Part shown: positions 55,504 through 64,000 of the stretch, piece after piece
Numbering within the stretch: the stretch's first letter is position 1
How the letters are laid out: every line of letters starts with the position of its first letter
Source of the DNA: an uncultured Candidatus Saccharibacteria bacterium
GTDB lineage: Bacteria; Patescibacteriota; WWE3; 9FT-COMBO-53-11
Length of the DNA stretch: 64,000 nt
NCBI GenBank assembly: GCA_964348395.1
Contig: CAYGCK010000001.1
Location: 21,018 to 85,017 of the forward strand
Direction: 5' to 3'
The notes under the pieces: model-generated
Seen by the model: the letters and a program-made list of their open reading frames with translations, nothing else
What the model was told of the DNA's origin: nothing
Databases searched by the model: none
Made by a program: the position numbers and the translations under genes

Positions 55504-56259
55504 CTATCTGGATAGATATTCCTCAAGAGTAAGACCTTGGTTAAAAAGTTGAGTAGCCAGATCGATTCCGACCCACCTCACATGCCAGGGTTCCGATATG
55601 TACCCCGTGATGCTCTCCTTCCCCGGTGGGTAGGAGACCACGAACCCAAAGCGATGGGCGTTTTTGGCTACCCAGGGAGCCGCTGGGCTCGACACGAACC
55701 TCTCAAAATTTACGTTTTCCGCAAGAGCCAAATCGACGGTTGTCCCGAGCTGATGCTCGGAGTGTCCAGGGAGAGCTGAACCCCTCAGAGCCGCCTCCCA
55801 CCCGACCTGCTCCACCCACCATAAGAAAACCAGCTCCTGCTCGGCGTAGGAGCGGTAGGCCGAAGCGACCGCGAGTTCATAGCCCGCCTCCTGTGCCGCG
55901 CCGAAAAGTTGGTAGAGGTAGGGGAGAATACCTGCTCGTAACCTTTGGGTTCCAAAGGTAGGTACCGACGTAATCTGTGTGAGATTGGTAGGGACGTAGC
56001 TTGATGGCAGACCATAGATTTTGTTTATATGCGCTAGAGTTGTGTCTTCGACGGCGGATAAAACTACCTCCCCTTGGGGAGCCAGAACGCTCCTCTCCTC
56101 GGCGAAGGTTCCCTCCTCGATCTCAACCGGCGGAACGGTTACAAATAGATCGTAGTAGGATGAGGCAGATATCTCCCGTGGTTGAGAGATTCGGCTTGCC
56201 ATACCAAAAGTCAGAATAAAAAGGTAGGATACGACGGGGTAAAGTTTTTCTTTATTCAT
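55504..56259 (-). CDS. M15B (VanY-like) D-Ala-D-Ala carboxypeptidase family protein
   Basis: SAYRSYAEQ, LPGHSEHQLGTTVDL and EPWHVRWVG zinc-binding motifs. Internal ATG 56259 chosen because the upstream part is antisense to tRNA-Ser(CGA). Confidence 0.7.
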   Translation of the reverse strand: MNKEKLYPVVSYLFILTFGMASRISQPREISASSYYDLFVTVPPVEIEEGTFAEERSVLAPQGEVVLSAVEDTTLAHINKIYGLPSSYVPTNLTQITSVPTFGTQRLRAGILPYLYQLFGAAQEAGYELAVASAYRSYAEQELVFLWWVEQVGWEAALRGSALPGHSEHQLGTTVDLALAENVNFERFVSSPAAPWVAKNAHRFGFVVSYPPGKESITGYISEPWHVRWVGIDLATQLFNQGLTLEEYLSR

Positions 56260-56284
56260 ATCATTATTATAATGATAAGGAAGA

Positions 56285-56372
56285 GGAGGCGTGCCGGAGC
56301 GGCCTAACGGGCTGGTCTCGAAAACCATGCGGGGTTTACCCCACGGAGGTTCGAATCCTCCCGCCTCCGCCA
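56285..56372 (+). tRNA. tRNA-Ser (CGA)
   Basis: Acceptor GGAGGCG, anticodon loop CTCGAAA, long variable arm, T-arm GGAGG-TTCGAAT-CCTCC, CCA. Confidence 0.85.
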
Positions 56373-56382
56373 CTCGACTCTG

Positions 56383-56601
56383 ATGTGCATAGCAACGCCG
56401 GTAAAAATTATTAAGCTGAAGGGTTCAAAAGCCACCGTAGACGCGCTGGGCGAGAAGCTTGACGTGGACGTAAGTCTCCTGAAGAATGTCTCCGCGGGAG
56501 ACTATCTTTTGGCTAAAGGTGAGCTCGCCATTCAAAAACTCGCCCCAGAAGAGGCGCGAGAAATATTAAAATTGGTTGAGGAGTGCGAGCATAACTCATG
56601 A
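56383..56601 (+). CDS. hypC: [NiFe]-hydrogenase maturation factor HypC/HybG
   Basis: MCIATPVKIIKL ... GDYLLAKGELAI; N-terminal Met-Cys is typical of HypC. Confidence 0.8.
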   Translation: MCIATPVKIIKLKGSKATVDALGEKLDVDVSLLKNVSAGDYLLAKGELAIQKLAPEEAREILKLVEECEHNS

Positions 56602-57497
56602 CCAGACTAGAAAAACGCGGAACTCTTCTTGTCCTATCAACGGCCTTCATATCTGGTTTTTCCATTTTTGCCAATAAGTTTGGGGTTTCGGGTTTTGACC
56701 CTTACCTTTTCGCCTGGCTCAAGAACGCGAGCGTAGCCTTTCTTTTAGGGGCGCTACTTCTGGGCTCGGGCAATATCGGGAAGCTTAAGGCTCTAAACGT
56801 TAAGCAGTGGGGGCTTCTTGCTTTAATCGGCCTGGTGGGCGGTTCTATTCCATTTTTACTGTTTTTTAAGGGGCTTTCCTTAACCTCCGCGGCAAGCGCT
56901 TCCTTTATCCACAAAACCATGTTTGTTTACGTGGCGTTTTTGGCCGCCGTGTTTTTAGGGGAAAAACTAAATGCCCGGGTTTTAGCTGCGGGTTTGGCGC
57001 TTCTTTTGGGCAACGTTCTTTTCCTAAAGGTGCTTCGCCTAAGTTTGGGGACCGGGGATGTTTTGGTTTTTTTAGCGACACTTCTTTGGGCGGTTGAGAA
57101 CGTCATCTCCAAATACGCGCTTCGTGAACTCGCCTCTTCGGTGGTTGCTTTTGGGAGAATGGCGTTTGGGTCGGTTTTTATCCTTAGCTTTCTCCTTTTT
57201 GGCGGCTATCTTAACGGGATTGCTGATCTAACCACAGCACATTGGGTGTGGGTTTTGGTAACCTCCGCGTTTCTTTTTGGGTATGTTTCAACGTGGTACG
57301 CTGGGTTAAAGCACGTTAAAGCTACAGTTGCAACAAGCGTTCTTCTTTTGGGCGGTCCGGTGACCGCGTTTTTGGCTTTTGCCACCACCTCCGCCTTACC
57401 CGATATCGGGCAAGTGTTGGGGATAATGCTTCTGGTTCTTGGAGTAATCACAATTGGGAGGGTTTATGAACTCGTCAGGCCTTCAGCTGGCTATTAA
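56598..57497 (+). CDS. EamA/DMT-family transporter
   Basis: 10 TM helices in two 5-TM repeats. Confidence 0.65.
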   Translation: MTRLEKRGTLLVLSTAFISGFSIFANKFGVSGFDPYLFAWLKNASVAFLLGALLLGSGNIGKLKALNVKQWGLLALIGLVGGSIPFLLFFKGLSLTSAASASFIHKTMFVYVAFLAAVFLGEKLNARVLAAGLALLLGNVLFLKVLRLSLGTGDVLVFLATLLWAVENVISKYALRELASSVVAFGRMAFGSVFILSFLLFGGYLNGIADLTTAHWVWVLVTSAFLFGYVSTWYAGLKHVKATVATSVLLLGGPVTAFLAFATTSALPDIGQVLGIMLLVLGVITIGRVYELVRPSAGY

Positions 57498-58188
57498 ATA
57501 CGCACTTCCTCCGTGTCGGTTGGGTTTTTGCGGTCCCCAAGAAGAGGCGCGACGGCAGACGCTTTATGGCTTTGTCGTGGGGGAGGATGCTGGTGAGGAG
57601 AAGATTCGAAAAACCCTTGAAGGGTTTGAGGCGATGTACCCCTATCTTCGCCTTATCGCCTCAGAAAACGGGGTTTCCGATCCGTTTGAGAGAGAGGTTG
57701 TCGAGGCTCTTTGGGTCGGTAACGATCTTCTCGACGGGGTGCGCGTTGAGAGCCTCAAAAAGCTTATCCTCACCGACTTTGTTAAACCACGTCTTTTGAC
57801 AATGGATGAGGCTAAGGACAGGGCTTTGCGGGTTGTGGATGGGGTAGTTCCGCACCACAGCTTTCACGTTCTGGTTTTGGGATCTATAACCGGAAAAGTG
57901 GATCTGAGCGGGCCTTTGAGGGAGATTTGTCGTATAGGGTGGGGAAAGGTTTTAAGAGTTGGGGAGGGAAAGGTCAGGATCCGGTTTCGTCCTCTAAAGT
58001 TAGAAGCGTTGACGCTTGGGGAGGAGCGTGAGAAGGAGGTAGACTGGGATTCCCGTGTCACGCCGGGAGTTTCCACGGGCGATTATGTGTCTTTTCACTG
58101 GGGTAGGGTATGTGATGTTCTCGAGCCGGAAGGTATAGAGAGCCTCGAAAAGTACACAAAGCGCACGCTTAATGCACTGAACAGGTGA
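57466..58188 (+). CDS. hypothetical protein with HypC-like C-terminal motif
   Basis: C-terminus GVSTGDYVSFHWGRVCDVLEPEG resembles the GDYVLVHVGFAI region of HypC; weak. Confidence 0.4.
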   Translation: MNSSGLQLAIKYALPPCRLGFCGPQEEARRQTLYGFVVGEDAGEEKIRKTLEGFEAMYPYLRLIASENGVSDPFEREVVEALWVGNDLLDGVRVESLKKLILTDFVKPRLLTMDEAKDRALRVVDGVVPHHSFHVLVLGSITGKVDLSGPLREICRIGWGKVLRVGEGKVRIRFRPLKLEALTLGEEREKEVDWDSRVTPGVSTGDYVSFHWGRVCDVLEPEGIESLEKYTKRTLNALNR

Positions 58189-59425
58189 TACAGGGATCAA
58201 AGGCGCGAACAAGCATCTCCAGAAGCTTTTCGCGTCTTTCTTTTTTGAGGTTCTTGGTTTGAGCGACCAGATCCTTGGACGCCCTCTCCAGAGCCCCGAG
58301 GTTTTGAACCGTTGGGGTTATGATGTTGGCTTCGGTGATTATTCCTTTCGCATCTACGGTATATTCGTGATAGAGACCACCTCTTGGGGCCTCCAGTGCG
58401 CCTACGCCGGTTTGTGGGGATTTGAGCTCTGGGATTTGAGTAAATGATTTGTCCTTTTTAATGGTAACGTTTTCGGATAACGCTTTTACCATCTCTATGG
58501 CCTCTTCCGTGAAATGGACTATCTCTATCGCCTGGGCGAGGTTGTTGTTGAAGGGGTTCATTAGGTCGATTTTGGATTGCAAGAGGAGTTTTTTGGCTTT
58601 TGGAAAGAGGAGCTTTCCTTGGATGGCTATTCTTGGCAGCGCCCCGACCATGGCGGGTCTTCCCCTGTAGAAACCGAATTTGGCGGTTGAGAAGTCTCGG
58701 AGCGCTTCGCCGATTTCTTTTCTGTAGTCTTCGCTTACCCAAGAGGGCGCGCCGCTTGGCTTAACCTTCGGACTTTCGTATATGTTGTATGTTCCCTCCT
58801 CGTTTATTTGAGAGAGGGAAAGGAGAGGGCTTTTGAGCTTGGGGTATTTGAGATTGGATGCAAGATGTGCGGTTTCAATACCCGCCTTAAGGGCTCTATC
58901 GAGTTTTTTTGCAAGTTTCTTGAGCTCACCCTGGGCTGGGTATTTTAGGTAGCTGCCTATGGTGGTAGTTGTGGGGTGGGTGGATCGTCCGCCTACTATG
59001 AAAGCGATCTCATCCGAGACCTCCTTTAGGGTTAGAGCGGCTTTAAAGTGTTTGGGGTGGGAGTCCTTGAGCTCAAGTCCGGAGTCGATTCCTAGGTAAT
59101 CTGGGAAGGAGAGGAAGTAAAGGTGTAGGGCGTGACTTTGAATCATTTGGGCGTCGAGGTGTAGCTTCCTTAAAAGGACGGTGGTCTCGTCGGGCTTGAC
59201 TCCCAAGGCGTCCTCTATCGCTTTGAAGGCGCAGATGTTATGGGCGGTCGGGCAGACGCCGCAGATGCGGGCCGTAATCCAGGGGGCTTCGGCCGCGGGA
59301 CGTCCGACGACGATACCCTCAAAGAGCCGTTCGCTCTCGGTGACCTCGAGCACGACTTCGTTTTTTCGCCAATCGGTTCTTAGTCGTCCGTGGCCTTCGA
59401 TTTTAGTGATGATTGCGTCTTCCAT
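58169..59425 (-). CDS. hydA: [NiFe]-hydrogenase large (alpha) subunit, group 3-like
   Basis: N-terminal RICGVCPTAHNICAFKAIEDALG and C-terminal DPCITCSVH Ni-binding motifs. Confidence 0.85.
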   Translation of the reverse strand: MEDAIITKIEGHGRLRTDWRKNEVVLEVTESERLFEGIVVGRPAAEAPWITARICGVCPTAHNICAFKAIEDALGVKPDETTVLLRKLHLDAQMIQSHALHLYFLSFPDYLGIDSGLELKDSHPKHFKAALTLKEVSDEIAFIVGGRSTHPTTTTIGSYLKYPAQGELKKLAKKLDRALKAGIETAHLASNLKYPKLKSPLLSLSQINEEGTYNIYESPKVKPSGAPSWVSEDYRKEIGEALRDFSTAKFGFYRGRPAMVGALPRIAIQGKLLFPKAKKLLLQSKIDLMNPFNNNLAQAIEIVHFTEEAIEMVKALSENVTIKKDKSFTQIPELKSPQTGVGALEAPRGGLYHEYTVDAKGIITEANIITPTVQNLGALERASKDLVAQTKNLKKERREKLLEMLVRAFDPCITCSVH

Positions 59426-59456
59426 ACCGGCTTAAGCGTTCTCGAAATCCTTCTTC

Positions 59457-60218
59457 TTATTTGCTTGTCCTCTCTTTTAGTTTCTCGTAAGCTTCCGTTC
59501 TTTTCAGGAACATGGAAAAGTACTTTTCCGCCTCGTCCGAATCGGAGAACTTGAATACTATATCCAAGAGCCCCTCGACGTCGGCTCCTTCCCGCAGTCC
59601 AAAACAGCCCCAGCAGGCGCTTCCTCCGGTTACGCAGATCGCTCCGCACCCGCCTTGGGTTATGGGACCAAGGCAGGGCTTTTTGTTGATGAGTCGGCAT
59701 GGGTTACCGGCCTGCTTACATTCAAAGCAGACCGAATAACCTCTGGAATGCGGCTCCTTTCCTGCCAAAAGCTCCTCCACCACCCGGACCACCTCGTCGC
59801 GGTTTACGGGACAACCGTGGATGGGGAAATCGACGGTGACGTGGGCGGAAAGCGGTAGAGCGTCTATTCCTCGCGGTTTATACTTGGGGCCGTATATTTT
59901 CTTGTACCAGTAGGCGCGTTTTTCGGGATCCATGATGGCGGGGATTCCGCCTAAGGTAGCGCAGGAGCCCAGTCCGATTATCTTTTTGGATTCGCTGCGG
60001 ATCCACTTGAGCATATCTCGCTCTTCCTTGCTTATGGGGGTGCCCTCGACTATAGCTATTTCATATGGTCCGGGCTCCGCCCTTTCCTGTCCCAAGCGCC
60101 AGGTGACTATGTCGACTTGCTCGGCAATTTCAACCAGGCGCTCGCGTAAGCCCACAAGCTCCACTTGACAGCCCTCGCAGTCTGTAAATTCAAATATTGC
60201 AACCCTTGGTTTAGCCAT
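59457..60218 (-). CDS. hydD: [NiFe]-hydrogenase small (delta) subunit
   Basis: FEFTDCEGCQ, GSCATLGGIP and C-terminal Cys clusters. Internal ATG at 60218. Confidence 0.8.
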   Translation of the reverse strand: MAKPRVAIFEFTDCEGCQVELVGLRERLVEIAEQVDIVTWRLGQERAEPGPYEIAIVEGTPISKEERDMLKWIRSESKKIIGLGSCATLGGIPAIMDPEKRAYWYKKIYGPKYKPRGIDALPLSAHVTVDFPIHGCPVNRDEVVRVVEELLAGKEPHSRGYSVCFECKQAGNPCRLINKKPCLGPITQGGCGAICVTGGSACWGCFGLREGADVEGLLDIVFKFSDSDEAEKYFSMFLKRTEAYEKLKERTSK

Positions 60219-60220
60219 TT

Positions 60221-61045
60221 CTAGTCCCAATTCCCTTGAACCTCGTCGAAATTTAGAACCGGCCCGTCGATGCAGACGTATTTCTCTCCGGTTGTGCAGT
60301 GCTGACACTTCCCAACCCCGCAGTACATCTTCCTCTCCTCGCTCACAAAAATCCTTCTATCGGAGATTCCTAGCGGGCGAAGGATATTCTCGAGCGCGTT
60401 CGTCATAGGACCCGGCCCGCACATCGCGCAAGCGGTGTTTGTAGGGTTGATCTTTATCTCGTCGATGAGGGTGGAGACGAGTCCGACGTGGCCCTTCCAA
60501 TCGCGCGTTGGTTTGTCGACGGTTAGGATTACTTTGATTCCGGCTTCCTCCCAGCTTGAATAAAGCTCTTCGAATAAAAGATCCTTGGGAGTTGCCGCGC
60601 CGTAGAGCAGATAGACGTTGCCGAAGTTTTTCCGGTTTTTCGCTATGTAAGTCATGAGGGCGGATATGGGGGGTATACCGCACCCTCCGGTCACGGCTAC
60701 CACGTCCTTCCCTTGAAAAAAATCGAGCGGGAACCCCTGCCCGTACGGTCCGCGGATGGTTACCAAATCCCCTTCTTTTAAGCGATGCAGCGCCGCGGTT
60801 ACTTCCCCGACTTGTCGTATTCCAAATTCGACATAGCGATCCTCGTAAGGGGAGGACGCGCCGCCAAAAGGCGCCTCTCCGTATCCCCATAACCCCAGGA
60901 GAAAGAATTGTCCGGGGGCAAAAACCATCTCGCCGTCCACTTTGGGTAGCTTGCTGGTAGGTTTAAGGCGAAAGAGCTTGACGTTTGGGCTCATTTCGAC
61001 GATCTTCGTAAGTTTTGCGTTCTGTGGTTTGTACTCGTTCCCCAT
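60221..61045 (-). CDS. hydG: sulfhydrogenase gamma-like FAD/NAD(P)-binding subunit with C-terminal [2Fe-2S] Cys cluster
   Basis: Ferredoxin-reductase-like fold (GPYGQGF, VVAVTGGCGIPP) and C-terminal CGVGKCQHC. Confidence 0.8.
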   Translation of the reverse strand: MGNEYKPQNAKLTKIVEMSPNVKLFRLKPTSKLPKVDGEMVFAPGQFFLLGLWGYGEAPFGGASSPYEDRYVEFGIRQVGEVTAALHRLKEGDLVTIRGPYGQGFPLDFFQGKDVVAVTGGCGIPPISALMTYIAKNRKNFGNVYLLYGAATPKDLLFEELYSSWEEAGIKVILTVDKPTRDWKGHVGLVSTLIDEIKINPTNTACAMCGPGPMTNALENILRPLGISDRRIFVSEERKMYCGVGKCQHCTTGEKYVCIDGPVLNFDEVQGNWD

Positions 61046-61046
61046 T

Positions 61047-62051
61047 TCAAAACTCCCTCTTGGGATGAGCCTTTTGAAACTCCTCTACTATCTCCCCAAG
61101 AACGTTCTCGATATCTATACCCGCCGGGCAGTATTTTTGACAGCGACCGCAAGCCACGCACTGGGCGCGTCCGAATTCTTTGTAGGCGCGGACAAACTTG
61201 TGGTAGTACCAGTTGAAGTAACGCTCCTTTACGGTGGGTCTGAAGTTGTGCCCTCCGGCAATTTTGGCGAAGCTCGGCAGCGTGCAAGCCGACCACAACC
61301 TACACCGGCTGCAAGATGAGCCGTCGAGACTCTTTTGATCCTCCACTTCGAAGCAGTAGCAAAGGGGGCAAACATAGGTACATATTCCGCAGTTTATGCA
61401 TAGTTTCTCCAGTCGTTGCCAAATCTGAGGGTAGTTCTCTCTTGACCATTCAACGGAGCGGGCTAAAAGCTCGCTATCCAAAAGCATCTCGTCGAGCTTA
61501 CTCATCTTTTTGGGTTTCGGCTTGAGATCGATGTTTCTTGTTTCAAAAACGGGGAGACTGGCGATTTTCTGTCCCGCCTTTGTGGGGGCTATCGCGCGGT
61601 AAAATCCCTCTATCTTCTCCAAAACCAAGTCTCCTCCTGGTGGGACCCCGACTTCGTTTCCTGAGGCGGCGATAATGACGGCTTTGTTTCTTCTTTTGAA
61701 ATAAAAACTATCCTTTGGCTCATGCCTCATGATCTCGTCGAGCTCGCAAATACCCAAAAGATCCTTAAGATGCAGACCAAAGAGAACAAACGGTTTTGGC
61801 GGTGCGCTTGCCGTGACTTTTTTGCCCTTAACCGTAAAAAGCGTCTCTTTTGGGGGTAGGAAGAAGGTCTTAGGTGGCAGGACTGTGGTTTGGTAGTGTA
61901 AAACTATCTTTCCCGGATCCGAGACTTCAGAAAAAACTACTTCTTTATCTTTTTCCTGGGGGGCGAAAACCTCGAATCTATCTTTTAAAAGAGTAACAAG
62001 CTCGGGGATTCTACTTTGGTGAATAACTTTGATACCCACCCGTTTAAGCAT
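61047..62051 (-). CDS. hydB: sulfhydrogenase beta-like iron-sulfur subunit
   Basis: Two CxxCxxCxxxCP ferredoxin motifs (CINCGICTYVCP, CVACGRCQKYCP). Confidence 0.75.
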   Translation of the reverse strand: MLKRVGIKVIHQSRIPELVTLLKDRFEVFAPQEKDKEVVFSEVSDPGKIVLHYQTTVLPPKTFFLPPKETLFTVKGKKVTASAPPKPFVLFGLHLKDLLGICELDEIMRHEPKDSFYFKRRNKAVIIAASGNEVGVPPGGDLVLEKIEGFYRAIAPTKAGQKIASLPVFETRNIDLKPKPKKMSKLDEMLLDSELLARSVEWSRENYPQIWQRLEKLCINCGICTYVCPLCYCFEVEDQKSLDGSSCSRCRLWSACTLPSFAKIAGGHNFRPTVKERYFNWYYHKFVRAYKEFGRAQCVACGRCQKYCPAGIDIENVLGEIVEEFQKAHPKREF

Positions 62052-62084
62052 ATCAAACGTGTGGGCTTGCGGTTAAGAGATAAA

Positions 62085-63854
62085 ATGGGGGTGGCAATGG
62101 CAAATGAGGTAGAGGAAATAAAGCGTAAGATCGATATCGTTGATCTGGTCTCCTCTTACGTACCGCTTCAGAAAGCGGGGAAGAACCACAAGGCGCTTTG
62201 CCCGTTCCACAGCGAAAAGACCCCTTCCTTTATGGTTTCTCCCCAGCTGCAGATATTTAAATGCTTTGGTTGTGGGGAGGGTGGGGACATCTTTTCCTTC
62301 TACAGCAAGATGGAGAACGTTCCTTTTTCAGAAGCCTTAAACGAGCTCGCCCGCCGCGCTGGGGTTAAACTCCCCTCCCGGAAGAAAACACCGGAGGATG
62401 AGCAAAGGGAAAAGATTCACGAGATAAATAGACTATCCTCGGATTTTTTCCACTTTCTTCTCAAAGGTCATAAAATCGGAGGGTCCGCGCGCGAGTTTCT
62501 CAAAAAACGAGGCGTGAAGGATACATCCGTAGAGGAGTTTGGTCTAGGTTACGCACCGGACTCTTGGGACAGTTTGGGACGTTTTATCTTGAAGAAAGGT
62601 TACAGCACGACGGATTTTCTGCAAAGCGGTGTAGGAAGTAAAAAAGAAGGAGGACGCGGTTACTTCGATTTCTTCCGAGGGAGACTTATTTTCCCTCTTC
62701 GCTCGAGTGCCGGTCGAGTCGTCGGTTTTTCGGGGAGGGCTTTGGGCGGCGAAGAATCGCCGAAGTATTTAAACTCACCCGAAACCCCCGTCTTTGAAAA
62801 ACGTCGATTCCTCTACAATCTAGACCTCGCCAAACGTGAAGTGAGAAAGAAAAAAGACGTCCTCTTAGTTGAAGGGATGATGGACGTTATAGCTCTATGG
62901 GAGCGAGGGATTAAAAACGCCGTCGCGACGGGGGGAACAGCGCTTTCCGCAGAACACGTCGCCCAGCTTGCTAAGTTTGCAAATCGTGTGACCATTTGCT
63001 TCGACCGAGACGCGGCGGGGCTTGCGGCAACAAAGAAGGGTATCCTTCTTGCTCAATCGGCGGGACTCGAGGTTCGCGCGGTGCTGCTTCCCGAGGGCGA
63101 GGATCCGGATAAGGCTATTCGCGATGACGAGAAAGGGTTCAAGAAGCTTATTTCACAAGCCCCCTCGGTTTTTGACTATTATCTTTCCTCCGCACTCTCG
63201 CGCTTCGATCCCGACACCGCCGCCGGGAAGAAGGAAATTTCTCAGGAAATCCTGCCCTTGGTCAAAAGCTTGGCCAACGAGGTTGAGAAAGCGGCCTACA
63301 TCGGCAGACTCAGCGAGGTCTTGGAGGTCGCCGAGGAAGTTTTGTGGAGACAGCTCGAGCGCGAGCAGGCTATCGAGGATGAGGAAGCGTTTTCCAGGGC
63401 AACTAAGACCAAAGGGCTGACCTCGGCCTTGCCCAAGAAAGAAGCATATCTTATGGCTCTGCTTTTTTCTGCTCCCGCGCAAAGACTCCGTTCCTTGCAA
63501 AGAAAGATTGCCCTTGAGGATTTAGATGACGAGGGGTTGAGGAAGATTTTGCTTGAATTGCGGGAATACTTGAAGGGGGTAAAACGGTTTCTCCTCCAGA
63601 ATTTTTCTGTTAAACTGGGGAAACGGGAGCGAAAAGTTCTTGAGGAGTTGGTTCTTTTGCCTCTGCCCCAGAGCGAGCTTGCGGAGGAGTTTAGTCGTGC
63701 TCTATCATCCGTCAAAAAGGCACGACTCGTGAGGGAGAGACGGGACCTGGTCTCCCAGGTTCGAGAGGCTGAGCGAGAGGGAAAAACCGCTAAGGTTCGC
63801 AAACTCCAAAAACAAATCCATGAGATTAGTTCAAAGATAGATTCGGCGATTTAG
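62085..63854 (+). CDS. dnaG: DNA primase DnaG
   Basis: CHC2 zinc finger CPFHSEKTPSF ... CFGCGEGGD; TOPRIM LVEGMMDVIAL ... CFDRDAAG. Confidence 0.85.
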   Translation: MGVAMANEVEEIKRKIDIVDLVSSYVPLQKAGKNHKALCPFHSEKTPSFMVSPQLQIFKCFGCGEGGDIFSFYSKMENVPFSEALNELARRAGVKLPSRKKTPEDEQREKIHEINRLSSDFFHFLLKGHKIGGSAREFLKKRGVKDTSVEEFGLGYAPDSWDSLGRFILKKGYSTTDFLQSGVGSKKEGGRGYFDFFRGRLIFPLRSSAGRVVGFSGRALGGEESPKYLNSPETPVFEKRRFLYNLDLAKREVRKKKDVLLVEGMMDVIALWERGIKNAVATGGTALSAEHVAQLAKFANRVTICFDRDAAGLAATKKGILLAQSAGLEVRAVLLPEGEDPDKAIRDDEKGFKKLISQAPSVFDYYLSSALSRFDPDTAAGKKEISQEILPLVKSLANEVEKAAYIGRLSEVLEVAEEVLWRQLEREQAIEDEEAFSRATKTKGLTSALPKKEAYLMALLFSAPAQRLRSLQRKIALEDLDDEGLRKILLELREYLKGVKRFLLQNFSVKLGKRERKVLEELVLLPLPQSELAEEFSRALSSVKKARLVRERRDLVSQVREAEREGKTAKVRKLQKQIHEISSKIDSAI

Positions 63855-63862
63855 TATTTGAA

Positions 63863-64000
63863 ATGGCGAAATTTAAGAAAAAGGAATCGGTAATAATCAA
63901 AAAACTCCTTGAAAAAGGCAAGCGCGACGGCTACATAACCCAGGAGGAGGTATTGGAACATTTCCCTGAAGCGGAGGAGGATATAAAAAAGCTCGATAAC
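63863..64000 (+). CDS. rpoD: RNA polymerase sigma-70 factor RpoD (5' part only)
   Basis: MAKFKKKESVIIKKLLEKGKRDGYITQEEVLEHFPEAEEDIKKLD matches sigma-70 region 1.1; the classic dnaG-rpoD pair. Confidence 0.6.
   Translation, partial: MAKFKKKESVIIKKLLEKGKRDGYITQEEVLEHFPEAEEDIKKLDN

Noticed and set aside
1-64000. CRISPR arrays, integrases, transposases or IS-like inverted repeats.
   Set aside because: No regularly spaced direct repeats and no recombinase-like ORFs were seen anywhere in the window.
1-64000. Alternative genetic code (UGA as Gly/Trp, as in some reduced-genome lineages).
   Set aside because: Well-supported genes end at TGA (Flp pilin at 2566-2568; yidD at 35641-35643). Conserved proteins read through without needing recoding.

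Overview
The window looks like a compact, gene-dense (~90% coding) bacterial chromosome segment with standard genetic code (TGA is a stop). Its character fits a Candidate Phyla Radiation / Patescibacteria-type genome. This is an impression from weak or absent Shine-Dalgarno sites, GTG/TTG starts, DUF4012, Pro/Thr-rich linkers, a group-3 hydrogenase and many small membrane proteins; it is not a computed result. Housekeeping content: a UvrD/PcrA helicase (3' partial), rmuC, metG, groES-groEL, msrA-msrB, rnhA, rplY, valS, and dnaA divergent from rpmH-rnpA-yidD-yidC-jag-dnaN, with dnaG-rpoD (partial) at the right end. Envelope and glycan genes: a processive GT2, a WecA/MraY-like transferase, a UbiA/DPPR-synthase-like prenyltransferase, a PEGA/SH3b protein, an LCP protein, an O-antigen-ligase-like protein and an M15 peptidase. 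There is a tRNA island with all four tRNA-Ser isoacceptors and two tRNA-Arg, plus a separate tRNA-Cys. A hydBGDA-type [NiFe]-hydrogenase operon sits next to hypC. The most interesting region is a ~14 kb island (38.3-52.3 kb) that resembles a type IV secretion / conjugative-pilus-like apparatus. It has a VirB4-like ATPase split into two translationally coupled ORFs, a VirB3/PrgI-like 2-TM protein with a long Pro-rich spacer, a VirB6/TrbL-like polytopic protein, three tandem VirB2/TrbC-like pilin paralogs, and three peptidoglycan-lytic enzymes (CHAP, SpoIID/LytB, a possible SLT-like domain). No VirD4, relaxase or VirB11 is present in the window. Other second-look items are an orphan Flp pilin with its own promoter and hairpin, a promoter followed by an attenuator-like hairpin upstream of a lipoprotein gene, and a non-CIRCE palindrome in the groES leader. 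All coordinates of small sites are hand-derived and could be off by 1-2 nt.
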